From an uncultured virus (IMG/VR IMGVR_UViG_3300032233_001072) (lineage: Duplodnaviria > Heunggongvirae > Uroviricota > Caudoviricetes): 64,000 nt of DNA. Below, piece after piece: positions 9,925 to 20,208 of this stretch. The position numbers and the translations under genes are program-made. Each line of letters starts with the position of its first letter. Position 1 is the stretch's first letter. The notes under the pieces were generated by a model. That model saw only the letters and a program-made list of their open reading frames with translations. It had not been told where the DNA came from and made no database searches. Location of the stretch: positions 30,949 through 94,948 of the IMG/VR virus record IMGVR_UViG_3300032233_001072, one strand, 5' to 3'.

Positions 9925-12737
9925 TACATGCTCCTCATTGCTGCAATTTTAATTTCTTTAACCATCATATTGGATACTTCTTTAGCGGCACGTTGAGCAT
10001 CAGCAGAGTTATTACCTGTTGATTGGATATAGATAGTAGGGGCAATTGTAATGTTGCTCCCGCCTTCAATACGTACAGATCCGCCTGAACGTACGGGAGT
10101 AGAGGTAGGGGCACCGTCGCCTGTCTTAATGTTAGGCCACTTGATTGCATTTTTGGCTACTGATTCAAAACCACCAATACCGGATGCTGGTTTAAACTTT
10201 CCTGTTTTAGGATCGTTGTACCCATCAAATGATGAGCGTTCTGCAATTTTAATCTGTTCTTCTGGCGTTGCTTTTTCTGCCCAGCGAGCAAATTCCCTAC
10301 CGCCATAGAAATCCCATACTTTATTGTGCATGGCTAAACCGCCACGGAACACTTTGGAATCGTTAACAAACTTCCAGTTTTTCTTAGTTTCTACTTGAGC
10401 AATGGCATCCCAGTCTGCTCGTGTAAAACGACGTTTAGGAATTTGGTAAGAACCCCAAACTTTATGATTTCTTGTAGTCATTCCCGACGAAGGTACTTTT
10501 TGAGATGAATACCCACTATCTGAGGCTTTTGTGTTACTTGATATTGCTACCGAAGAAACAGATTTAGTTCTACCCATCCCTCCACCTTGGGTCCCCAACA
10601 AATTTTGATTTGCCTGCCTAGAGGCAGCAATGCTTTCTGCAATAGACATTTGCCCGTAAGACTCTACGGATTGTTTTGCAATGCCTCTAGCACTAGATGA
10701 ACGGTCTCCTTGCACATCAGGGTTTCCGTTGAACTTTGATTCGGGGTCATATTGGCTACCCCCGGCGATTGTGCCCCAAGGAGAGTTTTTCTTTTCGTAT
10801 TCACTACGACCTTTAGGAAGTTCAGCAGGCTGTACGTGCCAAGGTTCATCATTGACATTTGCAAAAGTTTGCAATCCGTATTTAGCCGCATTCTTTTGAA
10901 CCCAGTCAAGGTCACCTGTGAGGTCAGCCGCTAAACCAATTTCGTGCATAGACATTCCGGGAGGAGCAGCATCTGGACCGCTGTGCTTTTTCCAAAATGA
11001 ACCGTTCCAGTATGTACCCGTATCTTCGGTAGTACGGCTGTAGCGACTTAAGAACATACTGCGTTGTTCGGTACTTGAGCGGTATCCATTGCCGATACCC
11101 ACGTTAGGGTTATCAGCCATCATCTTAAGCAAGCGTTCTTTAAACTTAGGATTTAGTTTAGAAAACGTATCTCGTTTTTCTAACTGTGCAAATTTACCTT
11201 TGCTTGAACTGCCCGAAACGGTGGGAGATTTAGAATTACTTTTATCAGCAGTACCGTCTCCAATTAATTTAGTGCCAGCACCAACTGCTATTCCACCACC
11301 AAGTACTCCGCCTACACCTCCAGTAAGTGCTGTAAATGCGGCACCCCCTCCTATTAAGCCAAGACCTAATAGGTTTTTTCCAATTTTCATAAATGGGTTG
11401 TTTCGGCTACTGATGCGAGCACCAATGATTCCTGACAACTTGTCTTCTAACATAGTAAACGCACTAATTAATTTTTGTGTATTGCGTTCAAGAGCGGCGT
11501 AGTTGTCTGCTTGGCGACGGTAGAACATTTCGTCACGTTGGTTACGGCGCACATCTGTAACCTCTGCTTCCATAGCAAAGTTCTTGTTAATGCCCATTGT
11601 TTTACGTTGCGACGCTTTACTAGGGTCATACATCCCTTGTTTTCCGCCACTCTTCTTTTGGAACTGTATGTTTTCTTGGGCGTACTGCAAAACGATGTCT
11701 TGCATGTCTTCAGGGACACCCATAGACGTAAGGCGTGCACGGGTTACTGACCCTTGTTGCATCCCAGAGTTAACCATTCTTTCGTTGGTAAGCCCTGCGC
11801 TTCTAACAATTTGTTGGGTAACTTCCATCGGGTTACGTTGTTTGCCACCAATACCGTAGATGCCCGTGCCCATTGTCATGGTCATACGATTGTTAATAGT
11901 GGGGGATGCCAGCGTGCTAATCATTTTTGTAATATCTTGAGTGGTGTATGAGAACCCACTAGCAACACGAAGAGCCTCAACACCGGGCATCATTACCTTG
12001 GATTGCAAACCTGTTTGTGCTTGAAGACCAAGAAGCGTATTGATACCGCCAGCACCTAATAGTCCACCAGCCAATGGTGCTCTAAATTGTTTAGCGTACT
12101 GGTTATTAGTAATACCTTGGGTTTGCTGATACAGCATTCCCATACGGTCAGCGGCTAGTGCTGGGGCATAACCTGCATCGGTACGTTTATCAATCATTTC
12201 AATAGGCATGCCAAGCGCACCAACTATTTGTTTTCCAAGGCCCATTCCCATGCCGCTTAATGGGTTCCCGCCACCCATTGCACCCCCGGCTTTACCCATT
12301 AAACCACTCATTGCACCACCGCCACCTGCGGCAGATGTACCAGTAGGCATAGAGCCACGGAAGTTTTTAAAGAAGCCACTTGCCGATGAAGGGCTAACAC
12401 CCATAGCAGCAGTTGAGGCTGGGGCACCTCCACTGCCAGAAACCATGTCTTGAGATTTAACAACGGCGTTGCTTACAGCACTGGCAGTGCTTGTACTGGT
12501 TGATGGGGAAGTATTTGCTGTAGAAACAGTGCCAAGAGCATTAGCAAGTTTGTTTACTTTGGCAATGGTCTTATCAAGGTTGTCGTGCATCCACTTGATA
12601 TCGGCTTTGATACTGCTAAAGCCTTTAACAAGTTTCTCCATTTGAGACGTGTCAACAGAGAACTTGGAGCGGACGTCAGCCATTGAACCGCCACCAGCGA
12701 GGTTGGGTTCTTTGCTTCCTTCACCAAAAATTGCCAT
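9924..12737 (-). CDS. Tape measure protein with M15B (VanY-like) peptidase and Rpf-like transglycosylase domains
   Basis: Gly/Ala-rich body; GYRS..EQ...AAPPGMSMHEIGLAAD...EPWHVQ; DWDAIAQVET..NW...GGL....W..YGG...ATPEEQIKIAE. Confidence 0.85.
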   Translation of the reverse strand: MAIFGEGSKEPNLAGGGSMADVRSKFSVDTSQMEKLVKGFSSIKADIKWMHDNLDKTIAKVNKLANALGTVSTANTSPSTSTSTASAVSNAVVKSQDMVSGSGGAPASTAAMGVSPSSASGFFKNFRGSMPTGTSAAGGGGAMSGLMGKAGGAMGGGNPLSGMGMGLGKQIVGALGMPIEMIDKRTDAGYAPALAADRMGMLYQQTQGITNNQYAKQFRAPLAGGLLGAGGINTLLGLQAQTGLQSKVMMPGVEALRVASGFSYTTQDITKMISTLASPTINNRMTMTMGTGIYGIGGKQRNPMEVTQQIVRSAGLTNERMVNSGMQQGSVTRARLTSMGVPEDMQDIVLQYAQENIQFQKKSGGKQGMYDPSKASQRKTMGINKNFAMEAEVTDVRRNQRDEMFYRRQADNYAALERNTQKLISAFTMLEDKLSGIIGARISSRNNPFMKIGKNLLGLGLIGGGAAFTALTGGVGGVLGGGIAVGAGTKLIGDGTADKSNSKSPTVSGSSSKGKFAQLEKRDTFSKLNPKFKERLLKMMADNPNVGIGNGYRSSTEQRSMFLSRYSRTTEDTGTYWNGSFWKKHSGPDAAPPGMSMHEIGLAADLTGDLDWVQKNAAKYGLQTFANVNDEPWHVQPAELPKGRSEYEKKNSPWGTIAGGSQYDPESKFNGNPDVQGDRSSSARGIAKQSVESYGQMSIAESIAASRQANQNLLGTQGGGMGRTKSVSSVAISSNTKASDSGYSSQKVPSSGMTTRNHKVWGSYQIPKRRFTRADWDAIAQVETKKNWKFVNDSKVFRGGLAMHNKVWDFYGGREFARWAEKATPEEQIKIAERSSFDGYNDPKTGKFKPASGIGGFESVAKNAIKWPNIKTGDGAPTSTPVRSGGSVRIEGGSNITIAPTIYIQSTGNNSADAQRAAKEVSNMMVKEIKIAAMRSM

Positions 12738-12741
12738 TTAT

Positions 12742-12894
12742 TTAATCTCCACTACTCTTCCATTTACCCATAGATGCCCAATAGCGCCTTTGGCGCACAG
12801 TCATGTGTTGTATGTCAGCGAGTGTGAAACCCTTGTAAACAGAAGCAATCAGGTCGTAATCCCAATATAAGTGTACAAGATTAGCCGAATAAAA
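12742..12894 (-). CDS. Frameshift-accessed C-terminal extension of tail assembly chaperone (+1 frame, 50 aa)
   Basis: Open frame FYSANLVHLYWDYDLIASVYKGFTLADIQHMTVRQRRYW... with no ATG/GTG/TTG near its 5' end; overlaps CTT TTA at 12895-12890. Confidence 0.65.
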   Translation of the reverse strand, partial: FYSANLVHLYWDYDLIASVYKGFTLADIQHMTVRQRRYWASMGKWKSSGD

Positions 12895-13660
12895 GTGAGG
12901 CCCAATTGAGCATAATAATCATTTGTTCTGAACAGTGTGCACAAGGGGCTTTCACCTCCCCGATCTGAGGGCCGGGTTGGGCGTCCAATAAAGCATTAAT
13001 GATTTCTGTACGGTCTGCCATGTTGAGGTTTCGTGCCCAGTCAGCCGCATTGTCCACACCAATTACACAGCGTGAGAGCATGATGGTATTTTGCTCTGGG
13101 GTGGTTTTGCCCTTAGTTGCCACAATCTTGCTGTCTAGGCCGTTAGGAAGGCGTAGAGAGACCTCTGAGCCGTTCTTGAGGGCAACCTTAAGAGGCTCTT
13201 TAAGATCATGTTTGGCTTCCCGAACTGGGAACTCGTCTACCCCAACGAACACGTCATTAGTCTCATTGCATGAATCACAGACAACTTGGTATTCCCGTGT
13301 GTTGCCGTAGGTAGCCTTGATAACTCCAAGGAATAAAGCGTCACGATCCCCAATAATTAACTCGTCAATTACTTGTGGGTTGTCTTTGATAATAACTGAC
13401 CCCACAGAAACAACAGCACGGCGTAACAGAAACGACATGTATTCTGCGTACACCGTGCTTTTGTTGTCATGAGAAGAAAGGGCTTCTTCGTCATAACCAT
13501 TGAGTTCTCTAACAACTGCGGAGGTTTCCCAAGTATCTAATTCTTTGTTGTACACCCCACGCATAAGTTTAACAACCGTGTCTGGGGCTGGTGCCATTTC
13601 TGGGACAGCCTCTTCTAGGGCGCTACTTAGCGCATCGGCTTGCGCCGCTATATTCTCCAT
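12881..13660 (-). CDS. Tail/baseplate assembly chaperone (T4 gp26-like, two CxxC)
   Basis: VRELNGYDEE, LIIGDRDAL..GVIKATYG, CDSC, CAHC; lies between tube and tape measure. Confidence 0.8.
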   Translation of the reverse strand: MENIAAQADALSSALEEAVPEMAPAPDTVVKLMRGVYNKELDTWETSAVVRELNGYDEEALSSHDNKSTVYAEYMSFLLRRAVVSVGSVIIKDNPQVIDELIIGDRDALFLGVIKATYGNTREYQVVCDSCNETNDVFVGVDEFPVREAKHDLKEPLKVALKNGSEVSLRLPNGLDSKIVATKGKTTPEQNTIMLSRCVIGVDNAADWARNLNMADRTEIINALLDAQPGPQIGEVKAPCAHCSEQMIIMLNWASLLFG

Positions 13661-13681
13661 GTTGTACTCCTATTTAATTGT

Positions 13682-14314
13682 TTATAGTGAAGCGAGTGAT
13701 TCAGAGCCTGACCAGTCAATGTAAAAACCTTCATGGTGAAGGGTCATTGATTGGATGATAATACCATTATCGCCTGCGTTGAGGTCAGTAAGGGCATAAG
13801 CACCGGGCCAGCAGTTATACAGTTTGAATTGGAATTTTACGTTACCCGGAACAATAGATGCTCCAAGTTGTTCGCCACCGTCGTATTGGTAACGAACACC
13901 AGTTGCGGTGTGTGGGTGGTCATAGACTTTTACAAGCACGTCACAGCGGTAGTCGCCATCACCTGTTGCCAAGCCAGCGCCACCTGAAACGCCGCCGCCT
14001 ACCCATGCGTGCATGAATTTCTGCCACTGCCAAACAGCATCTTGCTTGTTGCTATCTGTTGCGTTAAAAGCACCACGAGCAAAAGATACCGGAGCAAAGT
14101 CAGATTGCCCAACCATTTTATGTGGATGAGTGTTCATGCCACCTTCACGGTAGGAAATAACTTCGTTAGTAACTGAGATACCACTTACTTGAGCAAACCC
14201 AAGGTCTCCAATACCAGCCAAGGTAGTTGATAGGTTTCCAGTAGCCTTCTTTGGAATGATCTGTACACGAAACTTAAAGTTACGTAGTGGATCTGTGCGA
14301 AGAGTTGCAACCAT
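13682..14314 (-). CDS. Tail tube protein (T4 gp19-like)
   Basis: DPLRNFKFRV, GFAQVSG, YREGG, LYNCWP, LHHEG. Confidence 0.93.
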   Translation of the reverse strand: MVATLRTDPLRNFKFRVQIIPKKATGNLSTTLAGIGDLGFAQVSGISVTNEVISYREGGMNTHPHKMVGQSDFAPVSFARGAFNATDSNKQDAVWQWQKFMHAWVGGGVSGGAGLATGDGDYRCDVLVKVYDHPHTATGVRYQYDGGEQLGASIVPGNVKFQFKLYNCWPGAYALTDLNAGDNGIIIQSMTLHHEGFYIDWSGSESLASL

Positions 14315-14329
14315 TATGTACTGTGCTCC

Positions 14330-15862
14330 TTAAAGATTCGTGGTGGCGGTGCTTCCGCCAGCCCACTGTGTGAGATTAATAACAACAAATTCTGTTGGGT
14401 ACTGTAGTGCAACGCCAACTTCAACATTTACGTAACCATCTTCAATAGAAGATGAACTGTTGTTTGAAGCATCACACGTAATGTAAAAGGCTTGGTTTGC
14501 TGTATCACCTTTCAAGTTACCTTTAGCCCAGAAATCGGTAAGGGTACTGGAAAGACTTACTTTAATTTTGTCCCACAAACGATCATCGTTTGGTTCAAAC
14601 AGAGCGAACTGAGTCTGGTCTTGAAGGACAGTGTTTAGGTAAGAAAGCGTACGACGAATCGTGATGTACTTGTCAGGACGACGCTTGGCAAGGGTGCGAG
14701 CACCGTTGATGATTGTTCCACCACCGGGGATGTTGCGAAGGACGTTTACGTTACTTGTAGCGTAAAGTTCGCCTTGGTCAGCATCCGATAAAGTAGCAAC
14801 TAAACCAAACACGTTCTGAAGGTCAAGTGTGTAGCCAGCAGGTGCTTTAGCAACACCACGCAAAGTTTCTGACCGTACGAATGCACCAGCAATTGCGCCA
14901 CCACAGTAGGTGTTACGGATAGCAGTTGGTCCTGTTTTTGCAGGATCGTACATCTTCAAACCGGGATAGTACACTGCACCAAAACCACCGTATGCGTTGC
15001 TGTATCCAGATATTGCAGACTGAATGCTGTTTTTAGTTGTGGCGGCAAGGTCACCGTCAATAATTACAAAAGCATCTCCACGATCATAAGCCTCTTGCAA
15101 AGCGTAGTTAACACGGGTGCTAGAGAATTGTCCAACTAAGTTAATCAGTAATGGACCACCGACAGTTGCTAAGGCGTCAACTCCTGTAAACCAGTTAGCA
15201 TCAACAATAGCATCCCCAGCAGTTCCTGATGCAAAAGTAAGAACTAGTCCTGCTTGTGGGGTTACCGTTGTAGTAATTGTGGCTGGAGTTCCCTGCACTA
15301 CTACATAATTTGAATAAAGATCAAGAACACTCTTGTAGTAACGTGAAGAAGCAGGGCTGAAAGAAAGTTCTTGCCAACGCTCTACTTCTACTGTGTTGCT
15401 TCCTTGGATTAATGAAATAATTAAACTAAATTCTGTAGTGCTGTTAATTTTTCCAGTGTCAAGTGTGTTTGTATCAAAGGCAATAGTGGCACGGAGGTTG
15501 TTGCCCCATGTACCAACGGAAGTAGACCTGAGCGTAAACAGTGTACTTGCAGCAGAAGCGCCTGTAACAGTTCCTGTGAAGGCAACAGTTGCGTTAGTTG
15601 CGTTTGCACCAACTACTCGCTGAACGTAAGCATCTCGCCCACCGTTTGCAAAGTAATGGTAAATGGCGTAACCAAGATCATATGAGTCACTGATTTCTCC
15701 ATACAATGTTTTGTATGAGTTCCATGAACTAATAAGTGTTGGGGTGGTGGCACCACGTTCGGCAGTGCCAACAAATGCGGCAGTGGTTGCCGCTGAACGA
15801 GCGCCAATGTTAGATGTGAACGGGGTCTCTTTAACGTAGACTCCGGGGCGGGTATATGCCAT
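14330..15862 (-). CDS. Tail sheath protein
   Basis: PGVYVKE, YFANGG, GVAKAPA, GARTL, FEPND, PTEFV. Confidence 0.95.
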   Translation of the reverse strand: MAYTRPGVYVKETPFTSNIGARSAATTAAFVGTAERGATTPTLISSWNSYKTLYGEISDSYDLGYAIYHYFANGGRDAYVQRVVGANATNATVAFTGTVTGASAASTLFTLRSTSVGTWGNNLRATIAFDTNTLDTGKINSTTEFSLIISLIQGSNTVEVERWQELSFSPASSRYYKSVLDLYSNYVVVQGTPATITTTVTPQAGLVLTFASGTAGDAIVDANWFTGVDALATVGGPLLINLVGQFSSTRVNYALQEAYDRGDAFVIIDGDLAATTKNSIQSAISGYSNAYGGFGAVYYPGLKMYDPAKTGPTAIRNTYCGGAIAGAFVRSETLRGVAKAPAGYTLDLQNVFGLVATLSDADQGELYATSNVNVLRNIPGGGTIINGARTLAKRRPDKYITIRRTLSYLNTVLQDQTQFALFEPNDDRLWDKIKVSLSSTLTDFWAKGNLKGDTANQAFYITCDASNNSSSSIEDGYVNVEVGVALQYPTEFVVINLTQWAGGSTATTNL

Positions 15863-15904
15863 TAGATTCTCCTAGAAGATGTGGTACGGCGTGGAACAGA
15901 ATTT

Positions 15905-16543
15905 TTAATCATTTGTCTGTACAAGTGTAGTCTGAACAGAGGTAACCTGCTTAACTCCTATTAAGGCTTCAGACGACAATTCTGACGTCATCTGCAACGT
16001 GTATATTTTGCGGAAAATCCGCTTACGGTAGCCAGTCTCCTGATCTAGGAGATCGGCGTTCGCCCAGTCCAACATTTCTAGACGGCGAGACGTGTTGTCT
16101 GCCGCTATAAGGATGGACCCGAAACGATATGGTGTAACCGTAGTAAGCATTTTGGCGGTCAATTGACGGTCATGCTGGGCACTACGGCAGTAAGTAGATA
16201 CCTGATAGGTGATGTCTACAGGCATAAAATCGTTAACTCTTAAGAAATCTTGCCCCGCAGCATCTCCAATAAGGTCGGCTGTGCTGGGCCAATAAGTTAA
16301 ATTGTTAGGATGTTCTTCATAATTGGAGTACAAATATACTTCTGAGTGTTGACGTGTCCTAGCGTGGTTAATGTCAAGTAACTCAATGGTAATAAAAGGG
16401 TAGTGCTTTTCAGTTTCCCCTTCTGGGTAACGGAAAAAGACTTGTACAGGGCGAGTAGGCTCCCTATCATCGCTTACTGTTAAGCCAGTTAAACGAAGTT
16501 TGAGAGCCTCATCTTCAGCAAGAAGGAATCCAGACTTGCTCAT
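15905..16543 (-). CDS. Tail terminator / Pvc16-like protein
   Basis: PVDITYQVSTY; position upstream of sheath. Confidence 0.6.
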   Translation of the reverse strand: MSKSGFLLAEDEALKLRLTGLTVSDDREPTRPVQVFFRYPEGETEKHYPFITIELLDINHARTRQHSEVYLYSNYEEHPNNLTYWPSTADLIGDAAGQDFLRVNDFMPVDITYQVSTYCRSAQHDRQLTAKMLTTVTPYRFGSILIAADNTSRRLEMLDWANADLLDQETGYRKRIFRKIYTLQMTSELSSEALIGVKQVTSVQTTLVQTND

Positions 16544-16950
16544 TTCTTACCCAATTGCTTATCAATGCTTATATTAATTCGTTTTTCTAAACGCTTGGCG
16601 TTGCTGATTGCGGCTTTACGAAGTACTGGATTAGCCGCAGATTCTGGACCGCCGTACTCAAGGTTGCGGGCTGTATCCCCATAAGGTGCAGAAACTCCGT
16701 ATACAAATTGAGCGTTTTCAGCATCATAAGAGATATCAAAAAAATCCATAATTTCTTGGTAGTCACTATTCTTTTTAGTAACTTCCTTTTTAATTTCTGA
16801 CACTTCGTCATTAATTGCTTCATTAAGAGCCGTAGCCAAGATTGAAGGAGAGTTGCCTAAAGCATGCAACATATAGGTTAGAGGGGATGGAATTCCGCCA
16901 ATTAACGTACGAGAACCCTTGTTTATATAAGTTGAAGAAGAGCCATTCAT
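16540..16950 (-). CDS. Neck/tail completion hypothetical protein
   Basis: LEYG..P.LR motif typical of neck proteins; synteny. Confidence 0.5.
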   Translation of the reverse strand: MNGSSSTYINKGSRTLIGGIPSPLTYMLHALGNSPSILATALNEAINDEVSEIKKEVTKKNSDYQEIMDFFDISYDAENAQFVYGVSAPYGDTARNLEYGGPESAANPVLRKAAISNAKRLEKRINISIDKQLGKK

Positions 16951-17016
16951 GGCGATATCCTCACAAAGTTCTCGGCGTTGGACCTCTTGGCGCTCACCAA
17001 GATTACATTTAGTTTA

Positions 17017-17553
17017 TCAAAGATTAGCAATGGTTGAAGGCCAAGGTAGGTTTTGAATAGTCATGGAGGCAGGACCCGGGTCAAAAAGGAGTTCTTCATT
17101 GATATATATTTCGTATCCTTGTATTAATACAAACAAGTCATCTTTGGCTCTCCCCCGTACACGGTAAGTACCAATCCCGTAATACCGCCCGTCGTACAAA
17201 AACATGTCGTTTAGGTGGTTCTGGTATTCAAACGGGTTGACAACTCCTGCACTACGAAGGTCCTCCACAGAAGCAATAAACTCAACAACTTGTACAGGCT
17301 GGCGACCTTCGGGAATTGCCCGTTTCTGGTCTTCTGTTTCCTCAATGTGCAAAACAGGCAACTGGATACCAGTTTTGTATTTACGACCACTTGACCCAAT
17401 GATGCCTTCGTCATATACGCTGTCGTACTGGGAGCCAACACTAGCGGGTGTGGTAGCCGTCACATACTCAAAGTAAACAACTGTTTCACCATACACACGA
17501 GTATGGTTTCGTAAGTGTTTACGTATTTGGGAAAGTTCTCGGCGGGGGTCCAT
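17017..17553 (-). CDS. Head closure / neck protein
   Basis: YDSVYDEG motif; synteny. Confidence 0.55.
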   Translation of the reverse strand: MDPRRELSQIRKHLRNHTRVYGETVVYFEYVTATTPASVGSQYDSVYDEGIIGSSGRKYKTGIQLPVLHIEETEDQKRAIPEGRQPVQVVEFIASVEDLRSAGVVNPFEYQNHLNDMFLYDGRYYGIGTYRVRGRAKDDLFVLIQGYEIYINEELLFDPGPASMTIQNLPWPSTIANL

Positions 17554-18350
17554 TAGTAGTAAGTATTTGTCACAATGCCAGTAGTAGGTGGCTCCATGTC
17601 CAAGAAGATATCTTCTCGTAGACTGTCGCTTTCAGATTCAATTTGAATATGCCCTGTGTTTTCTTCAGCAAAGAGGCGTTCAATAGGAGCGTAGTCTCCA
17701 ATTTCTTGAGAAACGTATAGAGGAACAAGACGGTTTGTTGCACGGGAAACACGACGAAGGTTCATAATATCTATGCGTTCTGGGCCAATGTTAAGGTTAT
17801 TGGCGTGTTTACGGTATTCTGCTTCCCACATAGCAATTAAAGATTGAAGCATACGGAAACGCTGGGAACCGGGGATGTGGATGGATTCAGAGGTGCTTAC
17901 GTCAATATCTCGTGCATACTCTGTAACAAGGGCTTGTAGAGCCTCTACAAGGGCGCCTAAGCCCACCACGTCAAAGACTGCGGGTATTACGCCACTTAAC
18001 GGTACTTTAACCGTATGCTCATGGTAGTTAATTGATCGTTGTGAATAAAACGTAAGGTCTTCTGGAAGAATCCATTCGTAGTAGTAACCTTCTACAAGGA
18101 TCTTTGTGTTAGCCGCAGGGGTTGTCGCCAACCGTAAAATACCGTTACGAACATCTAAAGAGTAATTGGCGGCACTGAGCGTTGAAACGGAAGCGCCACT
18201 CGTAGAGGCGATCCAAAGAGTAGTGGTGTCAAGGTTGGTGACACCCAGTTCATAAGTACGCCCAACGGCGTCAAAAGATACTTGAAAGAACTTAGGGAAG
18301 TCCCGTAAGTAAGTTCGGGCAATTTCGGCTACACGCTCAACAATAGTCAC
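17553..18350 (-). CDS. Head-tail adaptor protein
   Basis: Long ORF with GTG start 6 nt after TAAACT; synteny. Confidence 0.55.
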   Translation of the reverse strand: MTIVERVAEIARTYLRDFPKFFQVSFDAVGRTYELGVTNLDTTTLWIASTSGASVSTLSAANYSLDVRNGILRLATTPAANTKILVEGYYYEWILPEDLTFYSQRSINYHEHTVKVPLSGVIPAVFDVVGLGALVEALQALVTEYARDIDVSTSESIHIPGSQRFRMLQSLIAMWEAEYRKHANNLNIGPERIDIMNLRRVSRATNRLVPLYVSQEIGDYAPIERLFAEENTGHIQIESESDSLREDIFLDMEPPTTGIVTNTYY

Positions 18351-18368
18351 GTTAATAGTTTACTTCAA

Positions 18369-18521
18369 CTACTGATCGCCTGAGCCGTCACCGGGCACAG
18401 AGTCACTAAGGGGTTGGTTTAGTTCAGGTTGTGTTTCCCTACGACGGTTAGCCATCATACGAAATACTTTAATAATGTCAGTAGGAGTTCCTGAAGGTGT
18501 GGGGATAGGGCGGTCAGCCAT
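18369..18521 (-). CDS. Small hypothetical protein (50 aa)
   Basis: Hand translation MADRPIPTPSGTPTDIIKVFRMMANRRRETQPELNQ...; TAATG-coupled. Confidence 0.6.
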   Translation of the reverse strand: MADRPIPTPSGTPTDIIKVFRMMANRRRETQPELNQPLSDSVPGDGSGDQ

Positions 18522-20206
18522 TATGGTCCTTCCCATTGAACAAGCACAAAACCTTTGTGTCCATTGCCACCTGATCCTTTAGCGCCACCGCCGCCTCCAC
18601 CACCCCATGTGGTTGCAGGTTCTCCTCCTTCGTAGCCGCCGTTTCCGCCACCGTCTACTCCTATCGCTGCTGTTGGTAAATACCCGTAATCATAATAAAC
18701 ACCTGCTCCGCCTCCGCCACCGCATTGTCCGTTTACACCGGGACCACCTTTTCCGGCTGAATAGGTAGTAGAAGAATCTCCAGCACCATTGTTTCCAGCA
18801 CCTCCACCACCAGTGGAATACCCGTATGTAATGTTGTCATATCCAGCGCCACCGGGTTGGGTAACCCCGGAGTTACCACCATTTGGCGCTCCAAGAAAAG
18901 CAGACACCCCACCAACACCGCCTAGGGCTGAAAAACTAGACCCTGTAGGAGAGCAAGTGATTGTAGATGTTCCTCCATTAAACCCACTCTTAGCACCGTT
19001 GGCTACGGAAGCACCTTGACCTTGTTCACCTACGTCAAGGGTTGCACTATTTCCATTTATGGTTAAGACTCCGTCAACACGCCGACCGCCTCCCCCACCA
19101 CCGGCTCCAGCATAGGTTATTCCAGAAGATGTGTATTTACCTGCTCCTCGTGCACCACCTCCGCCACCGCCAACAACTATCACATTCACAGTGTTTATTT
19201 GTGAGCCACCTGTTGGGATAGCGGGATAACTCCACGTAGCAGGACCGGGAGTAGTAAAGTATTGATAACGATATCCATAAGTATTAAATGTAGTTGTATT
19301 GCCTGTTACACTCTTGTTTGCAATTGTTACAGACACCACATTTCCATAAGAAGTACCACCAGCATTAGTGGCTTCTACACGGTAGTAGTATGTTCCTGCT
19401 GGCAAACTCTGAGTTGCTATTATGTATTGGGGAGTTGTATTTGTAACAAGAGCGTTACTAGCAACAACGGTACCACCACCGGCTTCAACAACCGCTGAAC
19501 TTGTAGCGTACCTAAACACAGAAGTTGTACTGCTGTTGTTAGGGTTTACAATGCCGTTAAAGGTTAATTGTGGTGAGTTATTTTGAGCAACTAATTGAAT
19601 TATTTGTAACCTATCTTCTTCCAGTGCCACAGATAATGATGGGCTTGTAGTACTGGCTGTATTTCCAGTACTTGTAGATACCGGGACACCAGAAACATAG
19701 TATCCCCGTAGAAAGAAGCAATGTGTTGCATTTGTAGCAGTTCCATTAAGAGTTGCGCTATAGCGTGCGATGTTACTTGCGTTTGTTGTAGTGGCAGTAG
19801 GAGTTGCTGTAGAGTCATTCCCCGCACTTGTAGTAACTGTAGGTGGTCTCACAGGCACAGTTGCTGATCTAATTTCCCCTAATGCAGTTCCACCCAAGTT
19901 TGTAGACACAACTCTGTAATAATAAGTTGTGCCAGCGTTATCTGCATTTAACCCCGTTTGGGTAAAGAAAACGTCATAGGTGTTGGTACCGTTGGCAACA
20001 GCAGTTGCTGGAGAAGTCGTAAGATATGACGCCAAAGTTGACGAAGTGCCATAGTGGAATACAACACTGTTATCACTGTTACCAGCACGTTCTATACGCC
20101 CGCTAAAAGTTAATTGGGTGTACTGCGTAGGCACAGGAGTAATACTGTTAGTGCTAACTACTGGAGGGTATTTGTGCCCCCCTGCTACGGCGCCGGGGAT
20201 CATCAT
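18521..20206 (-). CDS. Virion protein with Fn3-like repeats and Gly-rich C-terminal domain
   Basis: Two TYYYRV..TN.GGT repeats; VVGGGGGG Gly-rich domain. Confidence 0.75.
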   Translation of the reverse strand: MMIPGAVAGGHKYPPVVSTNSITPVPTQYTQLTFSGRIERAGNSDNSVVFHYGTSSTLASYLTTSPATAVANGTNTYDVFFTQTGLNADNAGTTYYYRVVSTNLGGTALGEIRSATVPVRPPTVTTSAGNDSTATPTATTTNASNIARYSATLNGTATNATHCFFLRGYYVSGVPVSTSTGNTASTTSPSLSVALEEDRLQIIQLVAQNNSPQLTFNGIVNPNNSSTTSVFRYATSSAVVEAGGGTVVASNALVTNTTPQYIIATQSLPAGTYYYRVEATNAGGTSYGNVVSVTIANKSVTGNTTTFNTYGYRYQYFTTPGPATWSYPAIPTGGSQINTVNVIVVGGGGGGARGAGKYTSSGITYAGAGGGGGGRRVDGVLTINGNSATLDVGEQGQGASVANGAKSGFNGGTSTITCSPTGSSFSALGGVGGVSAFLGAPNGGNSGVTQPGGAGYDNITYGYSTGGGGAGNNGAGDSSTTYSAGKGGPGVNGQCGGGGGAGVYYDYGYLPTAAIGVDGGGNGGYEGGEPATTWGGGGGGGAKGSGGNGHKGFVLVQWEGP

Positions 20207-20208
20207 AG

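Noticed and set aside
2548-16543. Bacterial extracellular contractile injection system rather than phage
   Set aside because: Capsid, scaffold, portal and terminase genes are contiguous with the tail module
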